Shown here: positions 61,061 through 64,000 of the stretch, in pieces
Position numbering within the stretch: the stretch's first letter is position 1
Layout of the letters: the number at the start of each line of letters is the position of its first letter
NCBI GenBank assembly: GCA_036172245.1
Contig: JAYWIR010000011.1
Span: 2,728,001 to 2,792,000, forward strand
DNA length: 64,000 nt
Reading direction: 5' to 3'
Source of the DNA: Raillietiella orientalis
Taxonomy: Eukaryota
Notes under the pieces: generated by a model
The model's input: the letters and a program-made list of their open reading frames with translations, nothing else
What the model was told of the DNA's origin: nothing
The model's database searches: none
Position numbers and translations under genes: made by a program

Positions 61061-63809
61061 GCATTTAGCGGAAACCGGAATATATCGGCTCGAAGGGGCA
61101 CGAACCTCGAGGGCGTTTTTCGTGTGACCCCAGTGGGAAAACTGGACCTCCTGCCTGTCTGCTGCGTGGTCTGCCGAGTTCCTCCTCCCCATTCGCCGGC
61201 AACTGAAGCGCTCCGCTTCGCTACCCCGGTGGAGGAGGGTGGAAATCGATCCGCCAAGAGGAGCGACCGCAGGGCGCGATGCAGGCGCCGTGTACGCGCG
61301 CCAAAATGGCAAGCCGCGGGTTCCGCTTCCGGGACCCCGGCTCAGAGTTCCGCGGCGCAGGAAGTGGGTCCAAGTCTACCGGAGAATCGAGTTCTGGGAC
61401 TACTGGACCGCGGACCCACTTTAGTGCGCGGGACGGAAGCTGCAGCCGCGGCGTAAACGTGAGGGGTTCTCTCTTGACCCTTTCCACCCGGCAACAACCA
61501 TCCCTTCCCCCCCTTTCTTCCCTGATGGCACAGGAAAGTTCTGGAATCGAATGGAATCAGCTGCACCCTCCGCGAATTGGGCGCGGTGGATGAGGCTGCG
61601 TCTCCCTGAGGGCACCTGATGTACCTGTGCAGGTGACCCGTCCGAAGCATGCCCGCTCTCCCACCACCCGATTGAGAGGTGCTCGAAAGAGCGGTGCTGA
61701 GCAGCGTGTTCGCCGGGAAGGACAGCAAAAGGTGCAGTGGCGGTGCACTCATGCATCATCGGCCGGTGCAGAGAGCCGGAAGCAGCCGCATCGAGGACAT
61801 CGCCTCCTGGAAGACGCTGACGCAAAGACGTGCCAGTCGCGATTACCAAGTGAATCCTGTGGCGCGAGACGGGAATGACCCTTTCCGGGCATGTTCGTTC
61901 CATTTCCCAGGTTTCCTGGCAGCCGAGGTTCTCACGGGCTGCTCGCAGATCCCAAACGCCCCATCTTCCTCCTAACAAAGGGTCTTGGAACCCTCTAAAT
62001 TGCACGCCTCATCACGGAATCCAATTACGGGGGCTCCGGGATTCATGCGCGCGCTCCCGTTTGACCCAGGAGGGTCCACGGGCCTAGATCCTCCTTTCTG
62101 ATTGACTCTAAAACTTTTCAGCATGCTGCAGCATCTCATCACGGGAGGAGACCTGCAGAGAAACGGCTGCTGCTTGCCTGCCCGAATCCTCGCTCACCAA
62201 CACGTTGCCTGAGCAGCCTCCCGTTTCCTCCGTTTCCCCCGAGGCAAGCTCGCCCAGGCTGAGCCAAAGCGATCGTTTGAGAACCACCCGCTATCCGACC
62301 ACCCCGAGCGAGCTGGTTCGGCGGCGGACGAAACGTCCGGACCTCGGATCGCACTTGCTGCTTCCCTGTAGCGTCGCGCAAGCGTCTTCGCGTAGGTTTC
62401 CGGTCGGCCCGAGAGGCGGAAAGCTAGGAAGTTGGCGGCACCGTCCGAATCTTTAGGGAGCATCCCGTGCCGCTTAGCCGGAAAGGGGAAGAGGGCCCCG
62501 TGCAGTTCGGCACACCGTCAGTCCCTCCCTTTCTTCAACGGAAAAGGAACGCAAGCTGCTTGCGAAGAGTTCGCGGACTGTGACGGCAGCCGCGGAGGGC
62601 GGTGCGGCGCGAGAGTGCGTGCTGCGCTCCCGTCCAGCCTTCCATGGGGAAGCGGAAGCTGCTTGCGTGTTCCGAGTCCGAGGTCTCCGTTCCAAAACCA
62701 GAGGTCTCCGGCTCCAGCGAGATTCGCGGCGGCACATGCGTGAAGGCCATTGGAGGAAAAGATCGCCCTCCTGCCCCCTGAGCCCCGTGGACGTCCTCTG
62801 GGACCCTTCCCTCCTTCCTTCCCTCCGGAATCCTTGCCGCCCTCCTCTGGCCGTATCGGGATCCCCAAGCAGTCCTGTGGAAACGTTCGCCGTTCCCCCT
62901 TATGAGGTCCAACTCTTCCCCATCGCGCTCGCCGAGTCCGCTGGCTGCACCGCGGACGATCTCTCCTCGCCTGACACCTTCCTTTGAGATGCAAATTGGC
63001 TCCGAAGCGACTGATTAAGAAACACTCGAACGCCCAAGCAGTGCTTCGAGGTTCTGACGCCGCTCTCCGACGTCTTCGGCTTACGAAAATGCTAATAAAA
63101 ATAAAAAATGGCCCATCCGTTCCCTGATTCCAAACGGGAATGCGATCCCCACTCTCCGACACCAGGAGATAAATCGTGCTGGGTGTGCGAGAGACGGAGG
63201 AAGAAAACCCCAGAATTTACAGGTGGCGCTCGGCACGCGCGAGCATCTGGTCCACTCGTGCTGCACGTCTCGCGTTCCTTTGAAGTTGCCAGCAGCGGCA
63301 GCCCCGCGCACCGACCGCAGCTCCCTCTCCGTGCGTCGCGGAAGCACCGGGAAGGGCGGGCGATGGCCACCGCGGGCGCGTCGCCGTCGCGCCGGACGAC
63401 AGGAAGCTAGGACCAACTACGCAAGCCTTCTTGAAGCTCCCTGGCGCGCAGGAGGGGACTGGCAGCCGGAGACGGGGATCGCGCGCGCCCTCCCCGCTCG
63501 ACCCCAAACCACCAACTCTGCAGAAGAGCGGCAACGATGTTGTGGTGTAGGAAGGGGCGAGACGTGACCCCGTCCGCCTGCTGCGCAAGAGGGTGCTTGT
63601 CCCGCCCTCCGCATCTTTCAGGAAGTTCAGGAACGCAACGGCCCCGCAAGGCGATGTGCCAAAGGGACGACAGAAGGGATTGTTGAGCGTTGGGTGGGTC
63701 CCCAGCGCTGGAGGGCTAGGAAGGAAAAGCGAATGCCCGGCTTCGGCGTTCCGCCATAAATCCGCCGTGAATCCGCCGTGGACCACTCGATTTCTCCCGC
63801 ACACCAGCA

Positions 63810-64000
63810 ACACTCTGAAGAGGCAACCCCCTGAAAGGTGTATCAACCAGTTTCATGGTACGCGATGGATGGTCTCCCCCGAAGGCATTAAAGGCCTTCA
63901 TTTCACAACTGGAAGGAGGAAACCCCGAAGGAAACCGACTCCTTGATCCCTGGAAGGATCCTGGAAGGTCAACTTCCAATCCCGACCGGTCAACGGGGGC
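63810..64000 (-). mobile_element. tRNA-derived SINE-like element, copy 11 (cut by window end)
   Basis: catggtacgcgatggatggtctcc, tttcacaactgga, acttccaatcccgaccggtcaacgggggc. Confidence 0.75.

Noticed and set aside
61610..61850. LINE-like peptide echoes (EVLERAV, SWKTLTQRR); similar RPPLEY near 38620
   Set aside because: Too few residues to distinguish from chance without a profile search.
63085..63116. Short hydrophobic MGHFLFLLAF with a gtaagc donor as a signal-peptide exon
   Set aside because: The donor is phase 2, incompatible with exon A, and the hydrophobicity comes from a T-rich tract.
1..64000. CRISPR array, operon or prokaryotic defence system
   Set aside because: No regularly spaced repeat-spacer units and no dense gene packing. 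Spliceosomal introns and SINEs show the DNA is eukaryotic.

Overview
Eukaryotic, GC-rich genomic DNA, most likely arthropod (inferred from the gene family and a degenerate TTAGG tract). It is not prokaryotic, and most entries in the ORF track are shadow ORFs of high-GC DNA. The window lies inside one large minus-strand gene of the Sidestep (Side)/nephrin-like immunoglobulin superfamily. I reconstructed eight coding exons by hand (49629 down to 8698; 1245 nt, about 414 codons). All have canonical AG/GT splice sites and compatible phases, and together they encode Ig domains 1-4. I did not find the signal-peptide exon or the Ig5/FN3/TM/cytoplasmic exons; they probably lie outside the window. The introns (1.4-14 kb) contain at least 11 diverged copies of a ~0.8-kb tRNA-derived SINE-like element in both orientations. 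They also contain several decayed non-LTR retrotransposon remnants (one RTE-like copy is followed by a TTAGG-like tract), a well-conserved ~240-bp inverted repeat pair, a possible kinase remnant, an (AG)30 microsatellite and long purine/pyrimidine tracts. I found no convincing evidence of a wholly new biological system. The best leads are the SINE family, the inverted repeat pair, and inverted SINEs bracketing an in-frame Ig2-Ig3 exon module. Repeat boundaries and identities are estimated by eye.
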